Below the pieces are notes generated by a model, which was not told the DNA's origin, made no database searches, and saw only the letters and a list, made by a program, of their open reading frames with translations. A program made the translations under genes and the position numbers. DNA of 43,333 nucleotides from a virus. Taxonomy: Duplodnaviria > Caudoviricetes. Location: the IMG/VR virus record IMGVR_UViG_3300020042_006880, positions 1 to 43,333 of that record; one strand, 5' to 3'. Each line of letters opens with the position of its first letter. Positions within the stretch are counted from its first letter, which is position 1. Shown one piece after another: positions 7,939-16,421 of the stretch.

Positions 7939-8035
7939 TGCCGCAGGGGCAGTCTGTTGCCGCAGGGGCAGTTGACTGCCGTATACGTAAGGTTTGCAGT
8001 TTGCACAAATGCAAACGGACTTTGCACAAATGCAA
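7939..8035. repeat. two pairs of short direct repeats
   Basis: TGCCGCAGGGGCAGT x2 (7939, 7958) and TTTGCACAAATGCAA x2 (8000, 8021). Confidence 0.85.
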
Positions 8036-8122
8036 GCAAATAGGCGTTGTGCTTACGTTGGGTAAAGGTGGTAATGTTTGGGGGTAGGCAACAACGCCTA
8101 CCTTAAAACAAGGGTTACTAAA

Positions 8123-8635
8123 ATGGCTACTACCAACACAAGCACCAATACCAAAGGCGTAACACTAGCTAAAAGCGCCGCCTTGCCTGTTATTGCCAAG
8201 GCAACCCCAACGGCAACCCAAACGGCCCCAAGCGCCGCGCAAGCGTTTAGTTTTGCCAATGGCGCGCCTGTTACCTTTAACAGCCTACGTGCATGGTGCA
8301 ATGCCAACGCGGGTGGTATTGCCCCCGTTAACTTGGCAAGGGTTGCCGTTAACGTTTTGCCAAACGTTAACGCACAATGGCAAGCGCAAGGGTTGCGCGG
8401 GCCTGTACCATTTGGGTACCAAGGCAACCCACTAGGGCAACGTGCAACGTTGTTTAACATTGCACTAACAAGCGCAACGCTTGCTACGTACTTTGCCACT
8501 TGCGCTAAAAGCCCAACAACCAAGTGCGAAACAACAGGCAACCCCAACGTGTTAACAGCGTTGCTAAACGGCGGGTTTACACCTAGCGCTAAAACATGGG
8601 GCACCCCGTTTGTTACCCTTACCGTAATGGCCTAA
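8123..8635 (+). CDS. 170-aa Ala/Thr/Asn-rich protein with no Asp and one Glu
   Basis: RBS AAGGGT, ATG 8123, TAA 8635, terminator follows. Confidence 0.8.
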   Translation: MATTNTSTNTKGVTLAKSAALPVIAKATPTATQTAPSAAQAFSFANGAPVTFNSLRAWCNANAGGIAPVNLARVAVNVLPNVNAQWQAQGLRGPVPFGYQGNPLGQRATLFNIALTSATLATYFATCAKSPTTKCETTGNPNVLTALLNGGFTPSAKTWGTPFVTLTVMA

Positions 8636-8653
8636 CCACCCCGCAACCAAGGC

Positions 8654-8684
8654 AACCCCATTGTGCAATGCACAATGGGGTTTT
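8654..8684 (+). terminator. intrinsic terminator / perfect inverted repeat
   Basis: AACCCCATTGTGCA-A-TGCACAATGGGGTT then TT. Confidence 0.8.
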
Positions 8685-8710
8685 GTGCGTTGCACAATAA
8701 TGTTAGGCAA

Positions 8711-8852
8711 ACGCATGGCTACTAGGCAACCTATGCGCAACGCATGGCTACTAGGCAACCTATGCGCAACGCATGGCTACTAGGCAACCTATGCGCAACG
8801 CATGGCTACTAGGCAACCTATGCGCAACGCATGGCTACTAGGCAACCTATGC
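8711..8852. repeat. perfect 29-bp tandem repeat x4.9
   Basis: ACGCATGGCTACTAGGCAACCTATGCGCA at 8711, 8740, 8769, 8798, 8827. Confidence 0.97.
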
Positions 8853-9009
8853 AAGGTACCCTTGGGGTAGTTTGCTTACGCAACGGCATCCGCGGTTTTT
8901 GCGCCCCCCCTTTCTCACCGTGGTGCCAGCGATTCACCCTTTACCAAGTTTTTTACAGTTCGTCGACAGTTTTCAAAAATTATCGGCCCCTTTTCCCTAT
9001 TAGGCGGAT

Positions 9010-9113
9010 TAAGGTACCCTATCCACCCCCGTATTCGAATAAAATTGGTTAAGGTACCCTGTTCACCCCTGTATTCGAATAAATTCATGTAAGGTACCCC
9101 GTTGCCCCCTATA
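9010..9113. repeat. 40-bp imperfect tandem repeat x2.6 upstream of terL
   Basis: AAGGTACCC at 9011, 9051, 9091; GTATTCGAATAAA twice. Confidence 0.9.
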
Positions 9114-9148
9114 TGGATTTTTGTTATGTGTTGCATGGAGATTGCCTT

Positions 9149-10624
9149 ATGCACCAAGTAACGATGCCCCCGAATGCTATGCCCGACGAGGTCGCCAAGC
9201 GGTTGGCTAAGTTGTTAAAGCGTGGTGCAAGTTTAACGTTAACTGAAAAGGCTAAAGACAGTTTTTTAGATTTTGTTAAGTTTGTATGGCCCGGATTCAT
9301 CGCTGGTAGACACCATAAGATTGTAGCCCAGAAGTTTGAAGATATAGCCAATGGCAAAATAAAGCGGTTGATAATCAACATGCCGCCGCGCCATACGAAA
9401 TCTGAATTTGCAAGTTACTTGTTCCCTGCTTGGATGATAGGTAGACGCCCCGATTTAAAGATTATGCAAGCAACCCATACCGCTGACCTTAGTATTCGGT
9501 TTGGGCGTAAAGTTAAGAACCTTATGGAAACTGAAGAGTACCAGAAGGTGTTCGGGGTTAAGTTGCGTAGTGATAGTAAGGCTGCGTACAGATGGGAAAC
9601 TGATGGTGGCGGTGAGTATTACGCTGCGGGTGTTGGCGGTAATATCGCGGGCCGTGGTGCGGATTTGTTTATTATTGATGACCCCCACTCCGAGCAGGAT
9701 GCAATGAGCCCCGCTGCTTTGGAGGGTGCATGGGAATGGTACCAAGGTGGTCCGCGCCAACGGCTCCAGCCGGGAGGTGCGATTGTTTTGGTTATGACTC
9801 GTTGGTCCGAGTTGGACTTAACCGCAAAGTTACTTAAGCAGAGTGCTATGGATATCAAAGCTGATAAGTGGGAAATGATTGAGTTCCCCGCTATATTGGA
9901 AAGTGGCAAGCCCCTGTGGCCTGAGTATTGGAAATTGGAGGAGTTAGAAAGTGTAAAGGCCAGTATCCAACTGCAAAAGTGGCAAGCGCAATATATGCAG
10001 CAGCCGACCGCCGATATGAGCAGTATTATCAAGCGTAGTTGGTGGAATATATGGACTAAGGAAAAGATACCCAAGTTGCAGTATGTGATGCAAACATACG
10101 ATACTGCTTTTTTGAAAAGCCAGACCGCCGATTTTAGTGCGATACAAACGTGGGGTGTGTTTTACCCAGAAGAAGATAAATCGGCCAATGTGATATTACT
10201 GGATGCCAAAAAGGGCAGGTGGGAATTTCCTGAGCTAAAACGTATTGCCTTGGAAGAATATCAGTAATGGGAACCCGACACTGTCTTGGTTGAAAGTAAG
10301 GCGGCGGGTTTGCCTTTGACTCAAGAGTTACGGTCAATGGGCATACCTGTGGTGAACTTTAGCCCAAGTAGAGGTAATGATAAGATAAGTAGAGTGAATG
10401 CTGTAGCCCCGTTATTTGAGAGTGGTATGGTTTGGGCACCCGAATCCAGTTGGGCCGAGGAAGTAATTGAAGAGTGCGCGGCCTTTCCATTTGGCGAGCA
10501 TGATGATATGGTTGACGCCATGACGCAAGCATTGATGCGTTTTCGGCAGGGCGGGTTCATTACACATCCGGAAGACTACGTTGATGATAGCGTAGGACTA
10601 CCACAGAGTAGGGTATATTACTGA
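9149..10624 (+). CDS. terL: terminase large subunit, interrupted by in-frame TAA at 10265-10267
   Basis: 'INMPPRHTKS' Walker A region, 'FIIDDP' Walker B, 'VMTRW', nuclease 'YDTA...DFSA', 'FPFGEHDDMVDA'; both ORFs share one frame. Confidence 0.93.
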
Positions 10625-13074
10625 TGGCAACCAATCCTTATAACAATGTAGATGGCGCGTTGGTTCAGTTGCCCGAAGACCCTTACGCCAATATTGATGG
10701 TGCCCTGCCTGATAATATCGAAATCGTAGATGACCAAACTGCAGAGGCTGCAATGCCTGAAGATCCCTTCAGCATGGAAGATAGTTTTGTCGAAATGACA
10801 GATGACGGGGGTGCTGTTGTAACGTTGGGTCCGCAGTCAACAGACATCGATAGTATTGGGTTTGGTGATAACCTTGCTGTGGGTATGGATGAAAGCGACC
10901 TTGGTTTACTCAGCAGTGAACTTTGCCAGTTGATTGAGGATGATGATTCCAGCCGTGAAGAATGGCGTAGTGCGTACGAAAAAGGTTTGACCCTGCTTGG
11001 TTTAACTTATGAAGATCGTACCGAACCGTTTGCGGGTGCAACAGGTGTAACCCATCCAATCTTAAACGAGGCCGTAACGCAGTTTCAGGCACAAGCGTAC
11101 AAAGAACTCCTCCCTGCGGGTGGGCCAGTACGTACCCGTGTTGTTGGTATGGTGACCCCTGAAATTCAGGCTCAGGCCGACCGCGTTAAAGCCTTTATGA
11201 ATTACCAGATTACTGAGGTAATGGAAGAGTACGATCCTGAATACGATCAGATGCTCTATTACACTGGTTACGGCGGCAGCACGTTTAAGAAGGTTTATTA
11301 TGACTCCTATTTGGGTAGGGCAACTAGCGCGGTTATTTTCCCTAAGGATCTTATTGTACCGTACAGTGCAAAGGATCTTTTTACTGCAGAGCGCGTAACC
11401 CACGTACTTAGGTTAAGTAAGAACGAGTTGCGTAGGCAGCAGTTGAACGGTTTTTACCGTGATGTTGAAATCGGCGATCCAACTGATTACGAAGCCGATG
11501 ACATTACCCAAAAAGAAGATAAGATCAGGGGTGTTGAGCCTTCCGGAATAAGCGATGAGTACGTGTTGTACGAGTGCCATTGCAACTGGGAAGTTCCCGG
11601 ATTTGAAGTAATGGATGAAGATGGCGAGCCTTCCGGTTTGCTTTTGCCGTACATCATAACGGTTGAAAAAGGTTCTGGCGAAGTTTTGTCTATTCGTCGC
11701 AACTATAATGAACAAGACCCTAAGCAGCGTAAGAAGCAATACTTTGTGCATTACAAGATGCTTCCGGGACTTGGCTTCTACGGTTTTGGTTTGGTGCATT
11801 TGCTCGGTAATCTTAGCCGCAGTGCAACAAGCATCTTGCGACAACTTATCGACGCCGGAACCTTAGCTAACCTTCCAGCAGGGTTTAAGGCTAAAGGACT
11901 ACGTATTCAGGACAGTGCGCAGCCATTGCAACCCGGAGAGTGGCGAGATGTTGACGCTCCCGGAGGCGATTTGGCAGCTAACCTTATGCCATTGCCGTAT
12001 AAAGAGCCGTCAGCTACGCTTTATCAGCTTTTAGGGTTCTGTATTACAGCGGCTGAAAAGTTTATTGGCACAACTGACCTTGGTATGGGCGACACTAACC
12101 AAGAAATGCCTGTTGGTACTACTATTGCCGTGTTGGAACGTGGTGGTAGGGTCATGTCAGCGGTGCATAAGCGGTTGCACTATGCCCTAAAACAGGAATT
12201 GAAGCTACTTGCGCAGGTTTTTGCTGATTATTTGCCTCCTGAATACCCTTATGAGGTCATTGGTGGCGATAAAAGCATAAAGCAGAGCGATTTTGACGGT
12301 CGTATTGATATTATTCCGGTATCAGACCCGAATATTTTCAGTATGACACAGCGTATTACCTTGGCCCAAGAGCAACTGAAGCTCGCGCAGTCTGACCCTG
12401 CAAGCCATAATATGCGTGAGGCCTTGCGGCGTATGTATGCCGCGCTTGGTGTAGAGGATATTGATGCTATCCTTAAGCCAGAACAGCCCCCACAGCCTAT
12501 TGGTCCGGCAAATGAAAATGCCCAGTTGATCAATGTGCCAAATGGTGCGCCTGTGCCGCAGGTGTTTGAAGAGCAAAACCACATGGCGCACATCCAAATG
12601 CACATTCAGCTTGTAAAACTGCCCCTTATACAGAACACCCCTGCGGCTTTGGCAGCGGTTACGGCCCATGTTTTTGAGCATATTGGTTTTGCGGCGCGTC
12701 AGCAGGTGATGCAACAGCAACCACAGCAACCACAACAGCCGATGCAGCAAGGTCAACAGCCGCAGCAACCCCCGCAGCCTGACCCGCAGATGGAAGCCCA
12801 AATTGCTGAGCTCGAAGTCCAAATGGCGCAACAGGTTTTGGCTGCGTTTGGTGGTGGGCAGCAAACTGACCCATTGGTTGAGCTCAAAGGTCGTGAGTTG
12901 GATATTAAAGAGCAGGATAGCCAACAACGTGCCAATGAAGCTACCCAAAGAATCCAGCTAGATGTTCAAAAGGCGCGTGAAAAGCAACAAATGGATGCTG
13001 AGCGTATACAAAGCACCCAAGATATTGCTAAGATGCGTGTAGAAGCTCAACTTATGAAAAACGGGTTGCTTTGA
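10624..13074 (+). CDS. portal protein
   Basis: follows terL; 'EAVTQFQAQAYKELLPAGGPV', 'GFYGFGL', 'DAGTLANLPAGFK'; Q-rich C-terminal helical region. Confidence 0.9.
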   Translation: MATNPYNNVDGALVQLPEDPYANIDGALPDNIEIVDDQTAEAAMPEDPFSMEDSFVEMTDDGGAVVTLGPQSTDIDSIGFGDNLAVGMDESDLGLLSSELCQLIEDDDSSREEWRSAYEKGLTLLGLTYEDRTEPFAGATGVTHPILNEAVTQFQAQAYKELLPAGGPVRTRVVGMVTPEIQAQADRVKAFMNYQITEVMEEYDPEYDQMLYYTGYGGSTFKKVYYDSYLGRATSAVIFPKDLIVPYSAKDLFTAERVTHVLRLSKNELRRQQLNGFYRDVEIGDPTDYEADDITQKEDKIRGVEPSGISDEYVLYECHCNWEVPGFEVMDEDGEPSGLLLPYIITVEKGSGEVLSIRRNYNEQDPKQRKKQYFVHYKMLPGLGFYGFGLVHLLGNLSRSATSILRQLIDAGTLANLPAGFKAKGLRIQDSAQPLQPGEWRDVDAPGGDLAANLMPLPYKEPSATLYQLLGFCITAAEKFIGTTDLGMGDTNQEMPVGTTIAVLERGGRVMSAVHKRLHYALKQELKLLAQVFADYLPPEYPYEVIGGDKSIKQSDFDGRIDIIPVSDPNIFSMTQRITLAQEQLKLAQSDPASHNMREALRRMYAALGVEDIDAILKPEQPPQPIGPANENAQLINVPNGAPVPQVFEEQNHMAHIQMHIQLVKLPLIQNTPAALAAVTAHVFEHIGFAARQQVMQQQPQQPQQPMQQGQQPQQPPQPDPQMEAQIAELEVQMAQQVLAAFGGGQQTDPLVELKGRELDIKEQDSQQRANEATQRIQLDVQKAREKQQMDAERIQSTQDIAKMRVEAQLMKNGLL

Positions 13075-13075
13075 T

Positions 13076-14623
13076 ATGCCTCATGGTGGTGTAGAACATC
13101 TTTTAATGCAGCGTAGGCAATCGCGTGAAAACGCGGTGCGTAGTTATGCTGAAGGTGGCAGTGTACAGGCTACCGCGCAGAAGTTGCAAAGCATGGGGCG
13201 TAATGGCGACACCATATTAGCCCACATCAACCCAGAAGAAGCCGCGCTACTTAAGCGTATGGGCGGCAGTGGTAAAATTAACCCGAACACAGGGCTAATG
13301 AGCTTTGAACCCGGATATGGCGGTATGGGTGCAGGGGCGACTGGCAATTACGGGGGCGGGGCAGAAAAAGATAGGGACAGGCAAGGTCCAGGAAATGCCG
13401 GTACCTCTAACAATGTAGACAGAGATAGACAGGGTCCAGGAAATGCTGGCACCTCTGGTAACGTAGATAGGGACAGGCAAGGTCCAGGAAATGTCGGCAA
13501 AACCGACACAAGCGGTGGTCCAGGAAGTGCTCCCGGAGGTGACGGCTCTAAATCCGGCTCGCAAGGTCCGGGAGCGGGTACGGGTTCGATACCCTCTGGT
13601 GGTATTGCAGACCTCCCTGCTCCTACAGCGGTGGATGCAGCAAAAGAACGTGCAAAGTACATTGGGGCTACAAAAATTCCAGACAGTGTTAAATTAGCTT
13701 TTGATAGGGGAATGATTCCTATTGAAGGCGGGTTAGACGCTCAAGGCAACCCCTTAACTTCGCCAAAAAAGGCCCATGGAATTGCTCAGGTTAAGGATAC
13801 TACTGCTCCTGAAGCCGCAGCAGACGCAGGGTTAACGTGGGATAAAAATAAATATCTTACGGATACAGATTATAACTACAGTATTGGGCTAGCGTATTAT
13901 AACAAACTCGTAAACCAATTTGGAAACACATACGATGCCGCTGGTGCGTACAATGCTGGTCCAGGAACATACAAAGCCTATCAGGCTGGGAAAAGATCTT
14001 TGCCTACAGAAACAGTGAATTACCAAGCAAACTTTCAAAAAGCAATGGCTGACCCTAACGCGGGTTTTACTATTCCTGACCCACAAGCAGCAGGAGTTTC
14101 TCCTACTGATCCATTAAAACCACTTTCTGCTACCAATGTACCAACAACGCCTGAGCCAAAGCTCGGCATGGTAGATCAATTTACTCGTGATCTTCCTGGA
14201 TATATTGGGAGCGCGTTAATCAGTTCGGTAGTGCCTCCAGTAGGGCTGTATAATTTAATAGCAGGTGGAACAAACCTTGTCACGGGGGAAAAGACTTTAC
14301 GTTCGACTGCGGACATGATTAATGATGCTTATTATGGTACAGGAACCGCAGCCCCTACAGATAGTAGCGTTATTGGTGGGTATGGTCCAAGTGGTGGTAA
14401 AATTACCAACACTGACCCAATGCAGACGTATAAAGAAATGTACGGTGGCAGGGATAAACCTTTGTTAGGGATTGAATCCCTTGACAGAAGTCCATTATTA
14501 CCTGAAATCGACCCTAGCGTACCGACTGCACCCCTGTTTAACTATGACTATTCTAAGTTTGGTATAAAAGGAAAACCGTTTACTGAGTACGACTATTCTA
14601 AATTTGGCATAAAAGGAGAGTAA
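13076..14623 (+). CDS. virion protein with lytic transglycosylase (SLT-like) domain
   Basis: 'IEGG', 'AHGIAQV', 'AAGAYNAGPG', 'ETVNY' SLT motifs. Confidence 0.8.
   Translation: MPHGGVEHLLMQRRQSRENAVRSYAEGGSVQATAQKLQSMGRNGDTILAHINPEEAALLKRMGGSGKINPNTGLMSFEPGYGGMGAGATGNYGGGAEKDRDRQGPGNAGTSNNVDRDRQGPGNAGTSGNVDRDRQGPGNVGKTDTSGGPGSAPGGDGSKSGSQGPGAGTGSIPSGGIADLPAPTAVDAAKERAKYIGATKIPDSVKLAFDRGMIPIEGGLDAQGNPLTSPKKAHGIAQVKDTTAPEAAADAGLTWDKNKYLTDTDYNYSIGLAYYNKLVNQFGNTYDAAGAYNAGPGTYKAYQAGKRSLPTETVNYQANFQKAMADPNAGFTIPDPQAAGVSPTDPLKPLSATNVPTTPEPKLGMVDQFTRDLPGYIGSALISSVVPPVGLYNLIAGGTNLVTGEKTLRSTADMINDAYYGTGTAAPTDSSVIGGYGPSGGKITNTDPMQTYKEMYGGRDKPLLGIESLDRSPLLPEIDPSVPTAPLFNYDYSKFGIKGKPFTEYDYSKFGIKGE
13370..13498 (+). 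repeat. 48-bp coding repeat x2.7 (DRDRQGPGNAGTS)
   Basis: three copies in protein and DNA. Confidence 0.9.
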
Positions 14624-14624
14624 A

Positions 14625-14795
14625 ATGGCTAAGACAAAAGACCCTTCGGTTATCACTAACCAACAGATCGTTAATCAGGGCAGTGTTCCTGTAGCACAGC
14701 CACAGGGCACAAGTGTTCCTAGCGCACCCGTAGGTAGACAAACTGCCCGTGGATTTGGTGCTATGTTGCGTCCGCAAAAGTTTCTTGTGCGGTAA
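14625..14795 (+). CDS. small virion-associated protein (56 aa)
   Basis: AAGGAG RBS; MAKTKDPS...ARGFGAMLRPQKFLVR, below ORF-track cutoff. Confidence 0.75.
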   Translation: MAKTKDPSVITNQQIVNQGSVPVAQPQGTSVPSAPVGRQTARGFGAMLRPQKFLVR

Positions 14796-14797
14796 GC

Positions 14798-15268
14798 ATG
14801 GATCCTTTTACGCTCATTGCCGGAGCCACAGCACTGTATAACGGCATTAAAGGTGCCGTTGATTCAGGGCATGAGATGTTGGATGTTGCAGAAAAGGTAG
14901 GAAACCTTTTTGCAAGAGTCGCTCAGATCACGCAGCTTACATCGGGCAACCGCAAAAAACGGTTGTTCCAGTCGCAAGGTGAGTACGAAGCCGAGGCGAT
15001 TAAGCTGTACACGCTGAAACAAAAGGCGCAACAGCTTCAGTTAGATACTCGCAATTTGTTTGTTGGGGCGTATGGATTAGCAGCGTGGTCTTCTATCCAA
15101 AAAGAAGTCACAGAAATGCGTAAGGAAGCCTTGCGCCAAGCTGCAATCGCTCAAAAAGAAGCTGAAGAACGCCGTGCCGAACTTATCCTAGGCGCGTGGA
15201 TGTTCTTGGGCGTCATTGTTATGGCTCTGGGTCTTGCTCTTTTTGTTTATCTGACGGCGCATAAATGA
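14798..15268 (+). CDS. coiled-coil protein with C-terminal transmembrane helix
   Basis: hydrophobic C-terminus. Confidence 0.8.
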   Translation: MDPFTLIAGATALYNGIKGAVDSGHEMLDVAEKVGNLFARVAQITQLTSGNRKKRLFQSQGEYEAEAIKLYTLKQKAQQLQLDTRNLFVGAYGLAAWSSIQKEVTEMRKEALRQAAIAQKEAEERRAELILGAWMFLGVIVMALGLALFVYLTAHK

Positions 15269-15447
15269 AATACTGGATAGCGGTTGCGTTTTTAATCTTA
15301 TCGGGGTGCGAGGACCGCTACCGATACCCGTGTCAAGACCCTGCTAATTGGGACGCACCTGAATGCAATCCTCCTATTTGCACCGCTTCTGGAACCTGTT
15401 CCGCAGACACCCTAAAAAGAAATCCATGCGGAGCCGTCGCAAGATGA
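15265..15447 (+). CDS. Cys-rich lipoprotein (possible o-spanin-like)
   Basis: lipobox LSGC, six Cys, ATGA overlaps. Confidence 0.75.
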   Translation: MKYWIAVAFLILSGCEDRYRYPCQDPANWDAPECNPPICTASGTCSADTLKRNPCGAVAR

Positions 15448-15698
15448 GGATTAAAGAAGACGAACTTCACGCCCTGCTCCAATTTATAATTGGTGTCAGT
15501 TTGTGCCTAACGTTGACAGGCACCGTGTTTGCCGTGTTGTATAGTTTGATTTTTGTGGTGCAGCCGATTGACGGGCAAGCACCGAATGATCAGGAATTTT
15601 TCAAGTTAATCGCGCCAATCGCAACGTTCCTCACAGGTACTTTATCCGGTATCATGTTAGGTTCTAAATCCACCGGAGGAAAAGATGGATCTTCTTAA
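15444..15698 (+). CDS. two-TM membrane protein
   Basis: ATGA overlap; two hydrophobic segments. Confidence 0.75.
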   Translation: MRIKEDELHALLQFIIGVSLCLTLTGTVFAVLYSLIFVVQPIDGQAPNDQEFFKLIAPIATFLTGTLSGIMLGSKSTGGKDGSS

Positions 15699-16212
15699 AA
15701 CATTCGGACCGTTACTCGGGTCTGTAGCACCAAGCATCGCTACGGCTCTAGGGGGACCGTTGGCTGGCATGGCAACAAAAGCATTGTCACAAGCCTTGCT
15801 TGGAAATGAAGACGGCTCTGAAGACGATTTGCAGGACGCTCTACGCGCTGCCTCGCCTGAGCAACTGGCAGCAGTCAAAAAAATCGATGCGGATTTCAAA
15901 GTACAAATGAAAAGTCTCGACATTGATTTAGAGGCACTTGCCGTAGATGATCGTAAGTCTGCCCGTGATATGCAGAAGGAAGTCAAGGATTGGATTCCAC
16001 GGGCATTGGCGATAAGCGTAACACTAGGGTATTTTGGTATCATTGCGTATGTCTTAGCCGTCGGGTTGCCGCTTAACGGGTCGGAAGTGCTACTTATGCT
16101 GCTTGGCACTTTGTCGGCCGGATGGACAGGAGTCATGGCTTTCTATTTTGGAAGTTCTTCTGGTTCGCAGAAAAAAGATGCTATGATCTATAATTCTACC
16201 CCAAAAGAATAG
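15685..16212 (+). CDS. putative holin-like membrane protein
   Basis: 'AP.IATALGGPLAG', 'DRKSAR', two TMs, 'FYFGSS.GSQKKD'. Confidence 0.7.
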   Translation: MDLLKTFGPLLGSVAPSIATALGGPLAGMATKALSQALLGNEDGSEDDLQDALRAASPEQLAAVKKIDADFKVQMKSLDIDLEALAVDDRKSARDMQKEVKDWIPRALAISVTLGYFGIIAYVLAVGLPLNGSEVLLMLLGTLSAGWTGVMAFYFGSSSGSQKKDAMIYNSTPKE

Positions 16213-16220
16213 GTTTTTGC

Positions 16221-16421
16221 ATGGACGGACTTTACATTCTAGAAAATCTGCTTAAGACTGTGAAACAGCGGCGCGAAGTTGTGGTTGAAGCAATCACAGA
16301 GGGCTCAGTTCAAGACTTCGCTGCTTACCGACACCTCAGGGGAAAACTTGAGGGGTGGGATGAAATACAAACTGAACTGCGCTCTCTGCTAAAAAGGATG
16401 GATATAGATCAAGATGAGTAG
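16221..16421 (+). CDS. conserved small head-module protein
   Basis: 'G.VQDFAAYRHLRG' preceding GroES-like gene. Confidence 0.75.
   Translation: MDGLYILENLLKTVKQRREVVVEAITEGSVQDFAAYRHLRGKLEGWDEIQTELRSLLKRMDIDQDE

Larger units (their letters stand above)
8020..8888. other. GA/TC dinucleotide-free island
   Basis: manual scan: zero TC and one GA (8528-8529) in 869 bp. Confidence 0.92.

Noticed and set aside
8098-8604. Antisense and alternate-frame ORFs in the island
   Set aside because: Expected by-product of missing TGA/TCA triplets; RBS and terminator favour 8123-8635 on +.
8711-8852. CRISPR array
   Set aside because: Units abut with no unique spacers, and no cas genes are visible.
10265-10267. 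Genome-wide stop codon reassignment
   Set aside because: TAA, TAG and TGA all end well-defined genes; only terL is interrupted.
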